Assembly: GCA_964016885.1 (NCBI GenBank)
Contig: OZ024740.1
Span: forward strand, 246,202,001-246,266,000
DNA length: 64,000 bases
Direction: 5' to 3'
Source of the DNA: Eledone cirrhosa
Lineage: Eukaryota
A model generated the notes under the pieces. It saw only the letters and a list, made by a program, of their open reading frames with translations. It did no database searches and was not told the DNA's origin. This document shows positions 40,573 through 54,087 of this stretch, piece by piece (position 1 is the first letter of the stretch; each line of letters begins with the position of its first letter). The position numbers were made by a program, and so were the translations under genes.

Positions 40573-43006
40573 TGAGCAGATCTATAATGAAAGACGACAA
40601 TGAATTAGGAATAGGTATGAATTTGGCAGAAGCATTAGAGCAGTGGTTCCTAACCTGTAGTCTGCAGACCTCAATTTGTTTGTTGAATAGACAAACCTTT
40701 TAAAGGCCTGGAGTCTGGGGAAATCGATTTAAATAAAAGGGGTCTGTAATAGTGAAAAGTTTGAGAATTACTGCATTATGGTCTTGGCTAAAATGCCTGT
40801 TGCTATTTCGGCAAGGTCCTTGTGTTTTGTTTTGAAATTCTGCTAGGGTGGACTTTGTTTTTCACCCTGCCATGGTCAATAAAGTACCAGTGGGATCATT
40901 ACAACATCAGAAGCGATGCTTTATTTGTTCTAGCTCTTTTTCTTCTGAGTTTAAACACAGTAATGACCTACTAGGAAGATAGATTTAATCTATCACCCAA
41001 TTTAACACCTGGTCTTGTGTGCCTTTAGCACAATCCACTCCATTGTAAGCATTCAGGCCAAACTCTAGTTTAAAAGTAGCTTTCTTTCTCTCCCTTCTAC
41101 CAGTTTCAGAGACTGATTAAAACATTAAAATAATTTCAGTTATGAGCATTGCATGTGATTAGTGGTGGGTGATAGGAAAGGTATCCACCTGGGGAAACCA
41201 TGTAAAAACAGGTGTGTATGTGGATTCTTTAGTTGTGTCACAGGCAACACAATCTTTCTCTATTGTTGGTAACATGATAAAACACACCCAGTACACTTTG
41301 TAAAATAGTTGATGTGAAGGGCATCCAGCAATAGAAAACTTGCCAAACAAATAGTAATGAGGACTCCTCAGTTGTCTCAAAGACATGATGCCTTCCTCTG
41401 TGCTGGTGCCTCGTAGAGTGCAGTGCAATCGGTGGTTCTTATTCAGTACTGACTTGGTGTGATAACACATCCGACCCTTGCTCGCAGAGAAAAATGGACA
41501 TTAAATGAATATGATTATGCAATGTGTCTTAATGCCCATGTATCTTAATGCCCATGTGTCTCAATGATAATGCAATGTGTCTCAATGCTTCCTGTATCCA
41601 GTGCTTCTGTCTGTCTGTCTGTCTCTTTGGGTGGATGGGGGCTGTTGTTGGGTACTGGAGTGCCTGGTGTTCTGAGGGAAAGGGGCGTGTTGTATGATCG
41701 TGCAGTTAAGAGATTCATAACCCCATGGTTCCAGGTTTAATCTGACTGCATAGCATCTTGGACAAATGTCTATTACCATAGATTCGGATTGGATTACAAC
41801 TTGTGTAGAATTTGGTACATGAAAATTGTGTGGAAGTTTATCATCTATGTGTACATCCCAATCCACTACCCCTACCCTATCCTCCCACTCCCAACAACAC
41901 CACCCTCTCTCTGTAAAGTTGGTACCACAACATCCAGTCCAAATAAATGAGATAATGAGATCAAGATGGTGTAGGTGTCACGACAAAAAAAAAATTCAGT
42001 CCACGCTGTAATGTGGCCATGTAGGTAACACAGTAAAAAGTTCCCATTTCCACACTGTAAATGTGGTTGGTGTTAGGAAGGGCATCCAGCTGTAGAAAGC
42101 CTGCCAGATAGTCCTATATGAGTAAGACACGGTCACCCGACCAACCTTGCCTCAAGTGGCACAACTCCCGTCTAACCCATGCTAGCATGGAAGATGGACA
42201 TTAAACGACGATGATGATGATGATGATTGTGTGTGTAAATCAATAAAAGATGTAAAAATCATGAAAAACCAATAAATTACTGCACTTGAACAAAATCCTT
42301 TATGGTATTTTTTCTGCTCAAACTGCACAGATGCTTCCTTGTCACTCTTGCCATATTAAATACAATGAACCACCAAAATAAGATATAAAATATATAATTA
42401 AGTAAATAATACTCTGTGAAGAGAGGGAGTGAGATAAATGATTATAGGTAGGTATTGAAACTTCAACAGCATGTAACAGGCTTCTGTGATTACTGTTCAT
42501 TATTTCATGTTTGTTTTCAATGCTGGTATGGGTTGGATGGGTGGTTTTTATTTAAGTCTTGTTTTTATTCAGAATTACTGCCATCCTAGAAGAGTTAAAG
42601 GACCCTGTGTTTCCTTTTGGTGTGGTTTCTATCATTGTATGCCCTTCCTGAAACCAACCATTTAACATTGGGCACTATGTGCTATTTTTTTTTTTTTTTG
42701 CACCAGCACTAGACATGATTGTCTCCATTCAATCACCATCTACTTCACAGAATGTAGGGGCTGCCTTTTACTATGGCACCAGCATAGTCTCTCTTTTTTT
42801 GTTGGAAATATAACCAAGAGTGTAAATAGTAGGGAAGTGAGGGCCAAGAATTTAAGAGAGAAGAAAGTGTGAATATAAGTGTGAAATAGGAAACAGAGAT
42901 GAAATGGTAGGGTGGGAAAGGGACAATGGTAACTAGATGATAGTTTTTGATAGTAGGTAGGAGAGTGAATTAAAAAAAACAGCATGAAATTTGAGCAGTT
43001 TACTAA

Positions 43007-43324
<318 letters not shown>

Positions 43325-43940
43325 TAGATTACCATACTGTGGTGTCTGTGAGTCATCCACCATGGTCACTGCAGGTTACCGTGTGTTGGTTCACTATGGG
43401 GGTTACTATGTTATGTTCACTGCAGGTTACAACTTTATGTTCACTGTGAGGTTACTATATTATGTTCACTGGCAGGTTGCCATACTATGTTCACTGTGGG
43501 GTTACCACATTGTGTCTGTTGTGTATGGTGAAATAGTGCGAAAATTTGGCTTGTAAACCTCTAGACTGGTAATTTGAGATTTGGTGCTGAGGCATTTAGA
43601 ACAGATCGTAGAAAGTTATTGAGTTCGGGCAAGTTTGTATGCTGTTAAGAGAAATTTGATATATCAGGCATGCCACTTTTTCTAGCTGGCATGGGATGGC
43701 AAAAGCAATCCCATGCCAGCATGGAAAACAAACATAAAATGATAATATTAATAATCATGGTAATGGAAGTGATGATGATGGTGAAAGAAATTTTTTTTTG
43801 TTTTTCTTGTGTCACACCTGATATTGCAAAAGCAATTCAACTGTGACCTCTTTTTTTTTAAAGATAATACACACTAGATATCATCACCATCACTGTTTAT
43901 TGTCCATTTTCCATGCTAGCATTGGTTATATTAGCTAATT

Positions 43941-43942
<2 letters not shown>

Positions 43943-43971
<29 letters not shown>

Positions 43972-46900
43972 GGTTTAGCGTCCGTGTTCCACGCTTGCAT
44001 GGGTTTGGACGGGGGTTTTCCCACTTGAGGCAAGAGTGGTTGTCTTGCTCGCATAGGACTGTCTGGCGGGTTTTCTACAGTTGGATGCCCTTCCTAACAC
44101 CAACCACATTTACAGTGTGGGGCTGGGAGGTTTTTACCGTGTTGCCTACACGGCCACATTACAGCGTGGACTGTCTGGCGGGTTTTCTACAGCTGGATGC
44201 CCTTCCTAACACCAACCACATTTACAGTGTGGGGCTGGGAGGTTTTTACCGTGTTGCCTACACGGCCACATTTACAGCGTGGACTGTGTGTTTTTTGTCG
44301 TGACACCTACACGATCTCATTTGTTTCGGCCTGGATGTTGTGGGACCAACATAACTGTACATTGAAAGGGGCGGTGTGGAGGTGGTGGGACGGGGGGGGG
44401 GTGTTTTGATAGAGATGCCTACTGACTGTAGTAAGTTTTTACTTTGTATTTAGGTAAGGCGGGTCTTCTCTATTACTGAGTACCGCCAAAGGTCTCGGTC
44501 CAGTGACATTGTCTTGGAGAGGTGTAAGCGTGTGAGGTCGGAATTTATCAGCTCGTCCCATGTTTTTCTGGGTCTGCCTACTCCGTGGCTACCGTCTATC
44601 TTTATTGCCCTGCATTTTGTTATACAGCTGTCGTCTTTCATGCGCATCACGTGACCGTACCAACGTAGCCTTCTCTCGAGTAAACAACATCTGATCCCTC
44701 TTATTTCTAATTTTTTCCTTAGTTCGTTTATGCTTTGCCGTTCACGTATATTACTATTGCACATCCAGCGGAGCATGCAAGCTTCGTTCCTCTCTAGTCT
44801 GCGTATATCCTCTGCACACAATGCCCAGGTCTCACTGCCATGCAGCATTGCTGTTCGTATGCAGGCATCGTATAACCTGCCTTTCATTTTTAGGGAGAAC
44901 CCTCTAGCGGCTAATAGTGGTATAAGCTCTCTGAACTTTTTCCATCCAGTTCTGACTCTAGCTACTGTACTTTCAGAGCACCCTCCCCCACTGCTGATTT
45001 TGTCACCCAGGTAACGGAAGCTGTCCACTATTTCTATAGAACCCTCTGCGCAGTTGAAGGAGCTAGTATTTTGTGGGCACTTGCTGCTACTTATTGCACC
45101 AGAGCACCGGCCACATGTAAAATCTATGTTCTTAGTTAGCTTACCTGTGATCCCACTACATCTTTTATGCACCCATACTTTGCATTTGGGACATAAAATG
45201 GAGTTTCTACCTACGCCTTTCCTACACACTGAGCATGGCCATTTCCCAGATGGGACTGCCGCCATATTTTCTTTCCTACAAACTAGAACTTTAGTCTTAG
45301 CCAGGTTAATTTTAAGGCCTTTTGATTCTAGGCCGTGCTTCCATGTTTGGAATTTCTTCTCTAGTTCGGTCATTGATTCAGCTATGAGCGTTAGATCATC
45401 TGCGTATAGGAGTTCCCATGGGCAGCCGGTCTTGAACTCCTCTGTTATAGCCTGAAGGGCAATAATAAATAGTAGGGGGCTAAGAACAGAGCCCTGATGG
45501 ACACCAATTTTTACGCTAAACTCTTCACTATATTCGTTGTTAATTCTAACCTTACTGACTGTTTCTTTATACATGGCTTGTATAGCTCTCACAAGCCATT
45601 CGTCAACACCTAGTTTTCTAAGAGACCACCAGATAATGGAACGGGGGACTCTGTCGAAGGCTTTCTCCAAGTCGACGAAAGCTAAGTATAGGGGTTTACT
45701 TTTAGCTAGGTACTTCTCCTGTAGTTGTCGTACAATGAAAAGAGCGTCTGTGGTACTTTTGCCTGACACAAATCCGAACTGCATTTCATCTAGATCAATT
45801 CTCTCTCTGATTGTACCAGGGAAAGGCACCACTGATGCCCTCTTCCTTGTGAGGCAATTACAGGAAAAGTACCTAGCTAAAAGTAAGCCACTCTACTTGG
45901 CATTTGTCGACCTTGAGAAAGCCTTTGACAGAGTTCCACGTGCAGTAATCTGGTGGGCTCTTAGAAAACTAGGAGTAGATGAATGGCTTGTGAAAGCGGT
46001 ACAAGCCATGTATAGGGGAGCAGTCAGCAAAGTTAGGATTGGCAATGAGTATAGCGAGGAATTTAGCGTACAGGTTGGGGTCCACCAGGGCTCTGTTCTT
46101 AGCCCTCTCCTGTTCATCATAGTCCTGCAGGCAATAACGGAGGAGTTTAAGACCGGATGCCCATGGGAACTCCTGTATGCTGATGACCTCGCACTCATAG
46201 CTGAATCTATGGTAGAACTAGAGAATAAATTCCAAACCTGGAAGCAGGGACTAGAGAGAAAGGGCCTCAAAGTCAACATGACAAAGACTAAGGTCCTTAT
46301 AAGTAGACGAGAAAACAGAACCCAGATCCCCTCAGGGAAATGGCCTTGCTCAGTATGTAGGAAAGGTGTAGGTAGGAACTCCATTCTCTGCCCCAAATGC
46401 AAACAATGGGTACACAAGAGATGTAGCGGGATCTCAGGAAGCTTAATTAAGAATGTAGGATTCACATGCAGCAGCTGTGCTGAAACAGCAAGCAAACAGC
46501 CACAGGAAACAAGTACCACCAATCTCTGGGAGGGCCCTGTAGAAACAGTAGACAGCTTCTGCTACCTAGGTGACCGAATTAGCAACGGAGGTGGGTGCTC
46601 AGAAAGTACAATAACTAGGGTAAGAACGGGATGGAAGAAGTTTAGGGAACTACTACCACTGCTAACTGCAAAAGGCTTCTCCCTCAGAATGAAAGGCAGA
46701 CTGTATGATGCGTGTATCCGAACAGCGATGTTGCATGGTAGTGAGACCTGGGCGCTGAAGGTGGAAGACTTACGTAGATTAGAGAGAAACGAAGCCTGCA
46801 TGCTCCGATGGATGTGTAACAGTAATATACGTGAACGACAAAGCATAAATGAATTGAGAGAGAGACTGAGCATAAGAGGAATCAAATGCTGTGTGCAGGA

Positions 46901-49187
46901 GAGGCGGTTGCACTGGTATGGACATGTGATGCGTATGAAGGATGACAGCTGCATAAAAAGGTGCAGAGCACTAGAAGTTGATGGAAACCGCGGAGTGGGG
47001 AGACCCAAGATGACCTGGGATGAGGTGATAAAAGCCGACCTTACCCAATTACACCTCTCAAAGACAATGACACACGACCGTGACTTCTGGCGGCACGCAG
47101 TAATACAGAGTACCTGACCTCCCATGGGTACATGCTGAAGCATATAAACAATATGCCCCCACACCCACCACCGCAAGGTGGTCGTGGAGGTGCCACGGCA
47201 AAAAAGCACCCAGCCCACACTGTAAAGTGGACGTGTAGGCGCCACGAAAAAGCACCCAGCACTCACTGTAAATGAGGTTGGTGTTAGGAAGGGCATCCAG
47301 CTGTAGAAATCAAGCCAGATCAGTTCCTGTATGAGCAAGGCATGGTCAGCCGACCAGACACTGCCCACAACAGGACAACCCGTCTAACCCATGCTAGCGT
47401 GGAAGAACGGACGTAAAACGGTGATGATGATGATGATGATGATTAGTTGCGCTATTACTTTTTCCGTGACCTTCATGACCTGGTCGATTAATTTAATGCC
47501 TCTATAGTTACTCCTATCTAGGGCATCTCCTTTTCCCTTATAGCAGTTAACGATGATGCTGCTACGCCAGTCCTTCGGAACAACCCCATTCTGTACGACT
47601 TGGTTAACTATCCGGGTGACCATGGTGTGTCCCACCGAACCAGATGCCTTCAGCATCTCAGCAACTATTTCCGAAGGACCAGCCGCCTTACCCGTCTTTG
47701 ATTGCCTTGCTTATTGTACTACCCTGGACTAACACTGCTGGTCCCTCTATTGGGTCGATGTGGGGGAGACTGTCTTTCTCCCATTTGTTCTCCTCATTTA
47801 GAAGCCTTTCGTAGTGACACTTCCAAGCTACCTTCTTATCAGTGTCGGTGATGGCAAGTATGCCATCATCGTTAAGCACACACTTCTCCCCGACAATATC
47901 ACGGTTTTCCTTGACACATTGCCTGGCAATCCTGAACACCTCACGTTTTTGGTCCTCACGTTGTAGAACATGCTTGAACTTTCTTTCCTCTGCTTCCCTT
48001 CTTGCGAAGTACACTTGTCTCCTAGCTTCCCTCCTGGCCACCTGATAGTCTTCTCTACTTCCCCCATCCCGCCATGCTTTCCAAGCCTGCTTTTTGGCCT
48101 TAATTGACTCCTCCACCTTACTGTTCCACCACCATGTTACTCTCCTCCTACCTACAGGCCTGCTCCAGCCACAGACTTCGTCTGCCGCCGTCAGCAGGTT
48201 TGCTCTCAGGAATTCCCACTGTTCCTCTATATTATACGACTCTAATTGCTCTTCCTTACTGTCGAAAGCGTCAAGTAATATGCTTTGAAATTTATTTCTG
48301 GCTATGGGGTCCTTTAGCTTCCATATTTTTCTCCTGAGGATAGTCCTCTTCCGCTGTCTAGTACGTCTCGTCCTGACTATGAGGTCGCTAATTATCAGTC
48401 TATGTTGGGAGGTGAATTCTTCATGGGGGAGGGATTTAGTGTTAACAACAGACACTCTGTCACGTCTTCTAGTAAGGATATAATCTACCTGGCTTGTGTG
48501 TTCCCCCGATCTATAGGTGATCAAGTGATTGTCTCGTTTTTTGAAGTTAGTGTTACAGATAGTTAAGTTATTTGCGTCGCAGAATTCCAGGATTCTGGAG
48601 CCTTCCTCATTTCTAGTACCGAACCCATAGCCTCCATGGATTCCGTCATAGCCGTCACAATGCTGTCCAACGTGACCATTTAGGTCGCCTGCAATAACTA
48701 TATAGTCACTGTCGGTTATTTGGGAGGTAGCGAGCATCAGTGTCTCGTAGAATCTGTCTTTTATAGCACCGGGCAGTCCGGATTGTGGTGCGTACGCAGA
48801 TATTACTGTCACCGTAGTTTTATTGAGGACAAGTCTTATTTTAATTATTCTGTCGTTCACTCTATTTACGTCTATTATCTTATCTGCCCACTTTTCTGCT
48901 ACCATGATTCCTACCCCACCCAACCCATTGTCATTTCCCACCCAGAAAAGCTTATAGCATCGTTCTTTACCCACGATGAATCTAGCCTCCCCTCCCCTTC
49001 ACCTGGTCTCTTGAATACAACAAACATCGACCTCGTTACGTTCAAGCATTTCTACAACCTCGTTAGAGCGACCCTTTAAGGTGCCTACATTCATGGTACC
49101 AACTCTGAAGTTTTGGATTGCGTTTGGAGGGTGGGAGCGGTGGGGCGCGGGGGGGGGGGGGGGGGGGGGTTATGTTAGCCATCCTGG
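43943..49187 (-). mobile_element. Near full-length young RTE LINE (host), flanked by 9-bp TSD and interrupted by a nested copy
   Basis: TSD GCTAATTAT at 43934-43942 and 49188-49196; (GAT)n tail; APE ORF 47688-48974; RT 44450-45812. Visible lesions: TGG>TGA at 48999-49001, an 8-bp deletion near 47697, the nested insertion and a 112-bp 3' UTR duplication (44056-44280). Confidence 0.93.
45813..47439 (+). mobile_element. 5'-truncated RTE LINE nested antisense in a related RTE
   Basis: Open RT frame VPGKGTTDALF...LLYADD...HAVIQST; own 3' UTR and (GAT)n tail; TGATT at both junctions (45808-45812, 47440-47444); host frame IAQL|IRERID rejoins when the insert is removed. Confidence 0.93.
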
Positions 49188-49329
49188 GCTAATTATATCT
49201 TTCCTTATTTTTATGATGGTAGGGTTTTATTGTAGAGAAATTTCGATGGTATTTCTAATAAGGTGAAGTGACCATGAAGAGCAGTGGTGGTGAGTAGTGG
49301 GATATTAATGATTTTGAGTTGTTTTCTCT

Positions 49330-49620
49330 GAAAATTGCTTATATTTCTTCAGTGACACATTCTTTACCTCCAACCTTATCACTTCAGCCTGAAATTCGGG
49401 TGCTGAGGACTGGAAGATAGCTGAATACGGCACTTGACCGGCTTTCATTTCATGACAGTTGGTATCAAGACTTCTTGTATCCTCGGTGCCCAAACTGCCA
49501 TTTTCCCCTGCAAAATTGAGAGGATGCATCCTGACTGTAGAAGTGAAGTGGCTAATGCAGTGGTTATCACTGGCTGTTCTCCACAGCAATGCCTTCGCCA
49601 TCTTATTTTGGGGTACAGCT
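49330..49620 (+). mobile_element. CRE-like RLE 3' fragment
   Basis: DTFFTSNL..EDWKIAEY..FHFMTVGIKTSCILG..QWLSLAVLHSNAFAIL; similar to 215-530 and 24310-24655. Confidence 0.6.
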
Positions 49621-49736
49621 CAGATACAGTATCTAGACCAGAGTGTTATCTGTTCCTTACACATCTCTCTCCATACTTTCTTTATTTAATTTTTTCGTTT
49701 TCTTTTGTTATTGCAAACATTATATATTTTAATTGA

Positions 49737-49937
<201 letters not shown>

Positions 49938-50136
49938 TAACTATGGTTGTTGTGGTGATGATGGTTGTTGTGATTGTGATGCTTCTTATGGTTGCGGCAG
50001 TGGTGGTGGTGGTGGTGGTGGTTGTTTTTGTGGCTATGTCAGTATAATATATTTTGTCCTGTTATCCTTTGTTACCATTGGCAACATAAGATTGCTACTA
50101 AGAATTGTTTTACAATGTAGGAAAGATGGTGGTGGT

Positions 50137-50764
50137 GGAAATAGTAGACAAAAATATACCTATTTTTTCTTCAAAGTCCTGACTGCGCAGTTTCGCTGAT
50201 CTATATGCAACAATTGTGCATTATAAAAATGCACCATCGTTGTGAGGCCAATCAGCTCTTTCAAGGAACACCTCAGAGAAAAGGACTGTTTTCCAGACGT
50301 TGTAGCAAGTGAGAAAATCTCTATAGATGGAGGGAGGAATTAACATGTGATACATCGGTCAATAAAAAAGACTGTTTCCTTTGTAGCAAGTGAAAATATC
50401 TCAGAAGATGGAGGGAGATATTAATACATGACACAGAGGTCACAGACAGGTAGTAAGATGGACAGAAAGTAACTATTGTATTTGCTAGATAAAGCAGTTA
50501 GTACACTTTCAGATTAACTCAACCATAGGGGAGTTTGAGACAATATAATAATGAGATACACACATATACATATATCATCGTGTGTGTGTGAGGTGTCAAC
50601 CTTAACCAGTTTTGCTTGATCGAAAGAGCTAAAATAATTAAGATAACTAGATAATCAGAGCTATTTATCAAATTACAAAATAAGAGGAAATAATAGACAA
50701 AAATATACCTATTTTTTCTTCAAAGTCCCGACTGCGCAGTTTCACTGATCCATATGCAACAATT
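50137..50764 (-). mobile_element. Hammerhead-bearing element with about 78-bp direct repeats 549 bp apart (retrozyme / PLE pseudo-LTR-like)
   Basis: Repeat at 50137-50215 and 50686-50764. Minus strand 50177-50267 reads TCCT-TGAAAGA-GCTGAT..ATCAGC-GAAAC-TGCGCA-GTC-AGGA (degenerate core). Confidence 0.65.
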
Positions 50765-50777
50765 AATGATCATTTAA

Positions 50778-51919
50778 CCCTTTAGCATTCGCATTAATTT
50801 TCAAACTTCATGCTTATCTGTTCGCATTTACGGGGTCGATAAAATAAAGTACTAGTAATGCACTGGGTAATTGCTGGCCTTGTACCTAAAGTAGAAACAA
50901 TTATTTTCAGTTAATCATACTCAAGAGGGTTATCAATTTTATTTGTTTGTAATTTTCTTAATTTTCTATGTGCAGGATTGAAATTTTGTCAGTAGATGTT
51001 TAAATATCAATAATTTACAATTATATAATTTTACCTGATTTTTTTGGTTAAATTTGACTTTTATGTGTAGGTGAAATTAATTAATAGGGGCATTTGAAGT
51101 ATCAACCAGGTGCAAATACTGGTTTAATTTTAAATACTTGATATATAAGGATCATTAAACCTTATATCAGTGCTCCAGTAATTCCACAGTCTTGGAAATT
51201 GTTTTATACCGAACATAATATTTACAGTAAAAAATGCTTGCATTTCCGCAGCATCTGTCGTTCGCCAAACAGATCGGGTTTTCCTCGATTTGAAATCTGT
51301 TGTTGGGCATATCGATTAATCTCTTCTGCCACAACTTCGAAGATAGTTTGTGGTAAAAACAAAAAGAAATCATCCAGTGCTTTAGCATTGGGAGCTAATG
51401 TCTGTTGTGGACCAGTATTTTGAATAAAATCGGGAACATATATTAGTGTGGTATTTTTCAACCACGTTGCTGTAATATTTTCAATGACGTCCTGGAGATC
51501 TCCTTCGTTTTCACTTTCAAAACAACAATCATCGTCGGATGAAATTTCAGAAATATACAAATCAGATTCATTTGAAGATAAATCACTAATATTATCTTTT
51601 CTTTCTTGTTCATTCTGAATGTCGTCGTGTGAAAACTTTCAAAGTTGGTATCGCTTCTTTTACAAGCCATGTTGATACACAAAAAATCTGTTCTACTTTC
51701 AACGTTAAAAAAACACCTGTTGTTTTAAGTTGTTTCACTATATTAAGTGTTAATTTTCGTGATAAGGGCCTAATCTTGCAGTAATCTCGAATTGACGAAA
51801 TTTTGATGATGGGTTGTTTATTTTTAGAACAATATTTTAGTGTGGGTGATATCGGCTGGTTTCGGGCGGTTTGAACAAATGAAGGGGAAATAGTTTCAGG
51901 CGGTTTGAACACTAAAGGG
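50778..51919 (-). mobile_element. Internally deleted piggyBac element
   Basis: TTAA TSDs; TIR CCCTTTAGCATTC / GAACACTAAAGGG; acidic N-terminus then DFFLFLPQTIFEVVAEEINRYAQQ...EMQAF..IMFGIKQFPRLWNYWSTD (PGBD-type transposase N-terminal part); SINE tail inserted at 50829-50904. Confidence 0.9.
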
Positions 51920-51923
51920 TTAA

Positions 51924-52790
51924 CATCTTATTTTCCATGCTTGCATGGGTCAGACTGGTTGTCCACGTTATGAGACAAGTCTGGCCAGTTGGCCGTGCCA
52001 TACCATGCTCAGATGGAACTGTATTTTCGCCATTTTTTTACAGCTGGATGGCCTTCCTAACACTAACCACCTTTACAGTGTGGAAATGGGTGGTCCCATT
52101 ACGAGCGGGGTTAAGCCAATTGGCCGTGCCATACCCTGCTCATTAATAGATCTGTATTTGGTAGCAGGGTGGACCTATAATGAGGTATGTCTGGCCAGTT
52201 GGCTGTGTCGTACCTTGCTCATAGCAGGACCAGTGTATTGGCTGAGAATTTTTACTACTGTTGAATGCCTTTCCTAACACTGACCACATTTACAGTATAT
52301 AACTGTATTCCCATTATGGGGAAGGTCTTGCCAGTTAGCTGTGCCGGACCTTGCTCATATGGGACCTCGTTTTTGGCTGGGTTTTTACAGCTGCTGGACG
52401 CCTTTCCTTACTTATGAGGCAATTCTGGTCAGTTGGCTCTGCTGTACCTTGCTCATACTGGACCGCATTTCAGCTGGGATTTTATGGTTGCTCGATGTCT
52501 TTCCTAACACCAACCATGTTTACATTGTGGAACTTGGTGGCCTCGTTATGAGGAGGGTCTGGCCAGTTGGCCGTGCTGTACTCTGCTTATAGCAAAACTA
52601 TATTTTGGGAGCTGGCTGGGCACGTTAGAGGGAATGTCTGGCCAGTTGGGTGCGCTGAACTTTTTCACATAATGGGACAAGTTATGTATATATCATCATC
52701 ATCATCATTGTTTAACGTCCATCTTCCACGCTAGCAAGGGTTAGACGGTTTTGTCCCACCTGAGGCGAGATCGGTCGGGAGACCAATATA
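51924..52790 (-). repeat. Modular repeats derived from the RTE-family 3' UTR
   Basis: Repeated TGGCCAGTTGGC(C/T)GTG and CTTCCTAACACCAACCAC modules; oppositely oriented counterpart at about 56560-57165. Confidence 0.6.
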
Positions 52791-52829
52791 TATATAATAT
52801 TATATATATATAATATTTCTTTCTCCTAG

Positions 52830-53021
<192 letters not shown>

Positions 53022-53874
53022 TAGATTTAGATGGCCTTTGATGAAGTTGCATCTCCTTAGTGGTCAGGAGTCCCTAATCCTATCATTGTGTTTGTACAGT
53101 TTGTATGTTTAATTAAAAATGAATGAGTAATGTCCATGATCCCTTTCAGTGCCCGTTTGACTACTTAGTAGGAAAGGAGAATGTTATCTTCATCTGTATA
53201 CTTGCAACAGAGTAGATTCCGCTAAATACATCTTATAACCATGTCAAAGTCTTTTTCGGGTCTGAAAGCTCATTAGGCTGAGGCTTTTCACAGTTTCATG
53301 AAGCATTAAATGACATAATAGAAAACTTTCCTCTGGGTGGAATGCTAGTCCCCCACAAGTTTAACTCCAACCTACTACTTCTGATTCTCATTTTTTTTCA
53401 GCTAAGTGGACTTGAGCAGTGTGCAATGAATAGCAGGTACACTGCCCAGTCTCGGTATCCTAAGCTATATGCTGTCACTAGAACCATGTAGTGGTATTAA
53501 ACCAAGTGATTCAATGCATTCAGTACATGGTTAGCAATATAACAGTAACAACTTAAGGCTGTGAGGACTCTTCAGTCATGTCAAAGACATGGAAACCTCT
53601 CTTGTGCTGGTGCCACAATAAAATATATCCACTATACTCTCTAAAGTGATTTGTGTTTGGAAAGCCAACTAGCTGTAGAAACCATGTGAAAAATGGAACG
53701 TACAAGCTAAATATGGTCTCCCAGCTCTTCTAAGAGGACAGAAACTAAGAACTGACTCATACTGCGATGACCTGTCTAAGCCAGGGCAGCATAGAAAATA
53801 GACATAAAATGGTGAGAGGATGATGCTAATAGTAATGATGATGGTAGGGATTATGATAACGATAATGATGATAA

Positions 53875-54087
<213 letters not shown>

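Noticed and set aside
45537-47117. 526-aa ORF as a novel gene overlapping a 460-aa antisense ORF
   Set aside because: Chimeric reading across the nested-insertion junction. The first 92 or so residues are antisense of the host RTE and the rest is the inserted RT.
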